Shown: positions 59,812-64,000 of the stretch, piece after piece
Layout of the letters: each line of letters begins with the position of its first letter
Numbering within the stretch: position 1 is the first letter of the stretch
Source of the DNA: Azolla caroliniana
Lineage: Eukaryota > Plantae > Polypodiophyta
Direction of reading: 5' to 3'
DNA: 64,000 nucleotides
Assembly (NCBI GenBank): GCA_043228905.1
Contig: JBHGNT010000008.1
Coordinates: 12,090,001-12,154,000 of the forward strand
Program-made: the position numbers and the translations under genes
Notes under the pieces: generated by a model
The model's input: only the letters and a program-made list of their open reading frames with translations
The model's database searches: none
Told to the model about the DNA's origin: nothing

Positions 59812-62500
59812 CTATGAGGAATAAACACCAATTGCACTCGTTGACATATTAGCTCTTAAAAATTCGACTACATGTGTTGCACAATTCATATGCACACCAT
59901 CTGCCTTTAGTTGTTCATCGGTAAGTGCCTGCGTTATAACCGCACTTGCTCCATCATTTTCACCTTTACCATAGCCAGACCCCAAAAAATTCCATCTCAT
60001 CTCCAAACCTATTACGAAAGGATACCTCCCAACAAAATAAAATGGACATCTAGCATTGAATTGTGACGCAACTCCGTCAGACCAGACCCAATGTTGAGTA
60101 AGCTCCAAACGTTGACATAATAACCATTGCCAATGTAACTTAAAATAGTGTTGGACAAACAAGGTATCATGCTTCTTATCATCAGAAATAAACAAATGAA
60201 TTACTTTCTTAACATCACCTGAAACTAGAAAATATGTTATGTGGACAAAAAAAATGCTTACTTGCATTGAACACCAATGCATGGATTGAATTTCATTTTG
60301 CTGCGAAATTGGTGTCCACAGACTCAAATAACTTGACAGAGATTAATATTTCACTACTCAACTCTTTTGGACACCACCTAAATCTACAAGGGCCACAATC
60401 TTGACATAAACCCATGACACATTTATGACTGTGGAAGATAGCCTCTGATTCTCTCGGACACAATACTGAATCTAAAAGACCACTCATGGAAGCGATAACA
60501 TGCTCTGATGATTTACAGTGCTCTTGCAGGCTAGATCGACAAATTGGGGACTCACAAATGCAGACTGCATCCTCTAGGGAGGAGCTATGGTGACGTGGTA
60601 CATTAACAGAGTCCTTGAGAAAACCCATTTGTACATGGTAAATGCAACACCATGTGTATCGATCCTTTAAGCGTCTCACAAAGTGTGGCTTAAGAGACTC
60701 GAATGTTTGCAGTTGAACTTCGATATTTGCATGCATTCGCCTGAACCTAATAAATAAATCAACCGGCATAATAAAAAGGGAGTCTAGTGAGTATCAAAAA
60801 TGCACCCTGATGTAGCTAGTTAGATATAGTATGGTAGTTGATTGGCTATGATCATACTCTTGTAGTAGCTAATTAGCTATTAAGAGTAACTAATTAGCTA
60901 TTGATAGTAGCTAGTTAGCTACCTTAATAGCTAATTAGCTTTTGACATAGCTAACTAGCTATTAAGAGTAGCTAATTAGCTTTTGACAGCAGCTAATAAG
61001 ATGTGACCTTAATAGCTAATTAGCTCCTCACATAGCTAACTAGCTATTGCCAGTAGCTAATTAGCTACTCTTAATAGCTAATTAGTTGATAAGTGTTAAG
61101 TTTACTATTGGCAATAGCTAAATAGCTATTAGCAGTAGCTAGTTAGCTATGGTCATATTCTGAGGTAGCTAATTAGCTATGGTCATATTCTAGGATAGGT
61201 AATTAGTTATTGTGGTAGCTAATTAGTTGATAATAGCTAAGTTAGTTATTGCCAATAGCTATTTAGCTATTACAAGTAGCTAGTTAGCTATGGTCATATT
61301 CTGAGATAGTTAATTAGGTGACAATAGCTAAGTTAGCTATTATCAATCGTTATTTAGCTATTACCAGTAGTTAGTTAGCTATGGTCATATTCTAAGATAG
61401 CTAATTAGGTGATAATAACTAAGTTAGCTATTGTCAATCGTTATTTCGCTATTACCAGTAGCTAATTAGCTATTGTGGTAGCTAATTAGCTGATAATAGC
61501 TAAGTTAGCTATTGTCAATCGCTATTTAGCTATTACTAGTAGTTAGTTAGCTATGGTCATATCCTGAGGTAGCTAATTAGCTATTGTGGTAGCTAATTAG
61601 ATATGGTCGTATTCTGAGATAGCTAATTAACTATTGTGGTAGCTAATTAGCTAATAATAGCGGAGTTGGCTATTGCCAATCGCAATTTAGCTATTACCAG
61701 TAGCTAGTTAGCTATGATCATATTTTGAGGTAGCTAATTAGCTAAATAACTAAGCTTAAAAATCAAAACAAAAGTTGAAATAAATGTAAATACCTAAGGT
61801 CCATCAAGAAGATGAATGAGATGCTCCTCGTATTGACTCCTTCCAACACGTTTCCTGCATAAACCCTCCTTATTGGGTGAAACCCGACTCTCATTAGTCC
61901 AAAATATGGTGATTATATCCATGATTTTTTATGTTATGGGTGTCATTTGCTTACATCTTGTTGTTAGCTTTAGCAAACTAGTTCCTTCACCACTTGAAAT
62001 TATCTGGTTCATTATATTGTACACAGTTTTTCTACTAACGCCAATTACCTTAGATAGCACACTAATGTTAAGATCATCAACGTCACTATTAAGTAGCGTC
62101 ATTAGACTAGACCTTTTTAAGACAAGATCATCTTCTGACCTGCTCATGGATATAAAACTATTACGGAGATTATTTACTAGTACAGATGTTATGTTTGCAT
62201 TAAGACCATCACAATCAACTAACTCCTTTATGGATGGATCATTTAATATTCCATAAAGTACTACCTTCTTGTCTTCATTGACTGATGTGCTTGGTCTAAA
62301 CATTGAAATAGTCTACAACCTTTCTCTCTATGATAGTAGTCTCATTACTTCCATTCTCAGTGGTATTCAGACCTATATCGCAACCAATGCTATCTTGACC
62401 TTTAGTGAATGTGGCTTTTGTATCCTTCAACAATTGATGACGTTTCCTTTTTTTTTTGTCCAATACTTTCATATCGCTTGTTGTGTCCTGATAGCGTCAT
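59812..62500 (-). pseudogene. DDD-type DNA transposase remnant, Sola2-like, with a ~1-kb intron
   Basis: SDDKKHD, HWVWSDGVASQF, WNFLGSGYGKGENDGASAVI; upstream Cys-rich region (CCIYH, CPR..CVMGLCQDCG); GT donor at 61793. Family assignment from motif recall. Confidence 0.65.
60810..61760. repeat. TAGCTA / TAGCTAATTAGCTA palindrome-rich satellite inside the transposase intron
   Basis: Dozens of TAGCTA(A/G)TTAGCTA units at ~20-25 bp spacing. Confidence 0.93.
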
Positions 62501-62721
62501 CCCTATCCTGATGATCCATGAGGGGTATTGGTAAACACCCTCCTTCCCCTTCCATTTGGCTTGACATATTCATTAGTAAATTTTCACAAAAAAAGACACG
62601 TAGCTAGTTACTAAACCACATGCAAACCAATTATTCACAGGGGCGATCCCACCATTGGTAAGTTTATGTTTGTTGCAGTGGAGTGAAAACTACTCAACCA
62701 CCGTCAGGAACGAGGTAAGAT

Positions 62722-63620
62722 GACTATGGGCAACAACAATAAACAAAATTATTATGTAATACACAAGATTATACACAACAATACACAAGTTAATCAACAG
62801 GTGGAACAATCATTGCAATGGAGGAGTGAACTCTGTCGGATCAAACAATGGCGGAAATCCAAGACCGAACAGTGGTGGCAACTAAGTGTAGAATGGTGGC
62901 AATGGAGGAGTGAACTCCGTCAGATCGAACAGTGGTAGATGATGCTTGGAACGCACAATGGCGGAAATTGAATGTAGAATGGCGACAGTGGAGGAGTGAA
63001 CTCCCTCGGATCGAATAGTGGCAACAATCCAGGACCGAACAGTAGCGGCAACTAAGTGTAGAATGGTGGCAATGGACTATGGGCAACAACAATACACAAA
63101 ATTATTATGTAATACACAAGATTATACACAACAATACACAAGTTAATCAACAGGTGGAACAATCATTGCAATGGAGGAGTGAACTCTGTCGGATCAAACA
63201 ATGGCGGAAATCCAAGACCGAAAAGTGGTGGCAACTAAGTGTAGAATGGTGGAAATGGAGGAGTGAACTCCGTCAGATCGAACAGTGGTAGATGATGCTT
63301 GGAACGCACAATGGCGGAAATTGAATGTAGAATGGCGACAGTGGAGGAGTGAACTCCGTCGGATCGAATAGTGGCAACAATCCAGGACCGAACAGTAGCG
63401 GCAACTAAGTGTAGAATGGTGGCAATGGAGGAGTGAACTCAATAGGAGCGAACAGTGGCAGATGATGCTTGGACTGAACAATGGCGACAACTGAGTGTAG
63501 AATGGCGGCAATGGAGGAGTGAACTCCGTTGGATTGAACAATGGCAGATGATGCTTGGACCGCACAATAGCAACAATTGAGTGTAGAATGGCGGCAATGG
63601 AGGAGTGGACTCAATAGGGT
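62722..63620. repeat. Minisatellite (~55-60 bp, GGAGGAGTGAACTC...GTGTAGAATGG) including a 353-bp tandem duplication (62722-63074 / 63075-~63427)
   Basis: Direct repeats visible; ORFs 62720 and 63079 are duplicated. Confidence 0.9.
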
Positions 63621-63887
63621 TTAGGAACAATGGCAGTAATCTAAGCCTGAATAGTCACAAAGTGATAGCCAGCGTAATGTGGCAATGGATCTTGCATAAT
63701 AGGCCTAAGAATTTGGTATATAATTTATGGTGCACATATCCATTTATGGTGCTCATTTATATAATTAAAACATTCTAATGTTTTCATTCATGGTGCAAAC
63801 ATGACTATTTATTACTGGTAGCTTTTTGCATAGCTAATTAGCTATGTCAAGGACATAACTAATTGTTTCCACTCGCATGCTTTCACC

Positions 63888-63990
63888 CATTATCACTTTA
63901 TGTGCGAGCTAGTTCTCCATGGTGAAGTGGAACTGCAATATGTTCCGACTGATCGACAAGTGATCAACGTCTTCACCAAACCTTTCAAAC
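63888..63990 (+). pseudogene. Copia RNase H C-terminal fragment
   Basis: HFMCELVLHGEVELQYVPTDRQVINVFTKP. Confidence 0.75.
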
Positions 63991-64000
63991 TTAACAAGTT

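Overview
This window contains no host genes. It is a nested pile of methylated and decaying transposable elements from a plant, most likely a non-seed plant given the lineage mix (inference). It holds pieces of five Ty1/copia elements and five Athila/Tat-like (OTA) Ty3/gypsy elements, each carrying an extra sense ORF after pol. Two of the OTA elements are complete with LTR pairs and 5-bp TSDs (9915-20356 and 41478-58125). Also present are three self-priming chromovirus copies, a complete tRNA-Trp-primed Ylt1/Phygy-like gypsy element with a 4-bp TSD (44687-51748) plus related LTRs, Sola2-like DNA-transposon remnants with internal satellites, and four tandem duplications. The top observation: all four visible 3' LTR junctions of the Athila-like elements lack a polypurine tract. 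They instead carry a conserved 40-41 nt structured mimic of the tRNA-Arg(UCU) 3' end, effectively an inverted second PBS, whose CCA ends exactly 2 nt before the LTR. This suggests an unconventional tRNA or tRNA-mimic plus-strand priming system. Second, LTRs of three families carry antisense tRNA-like Pol III A/B-box cassettes in U3. All coordinates were read by eye and may be off by a few bases. Family names come from recalled motifs, not from database searches.
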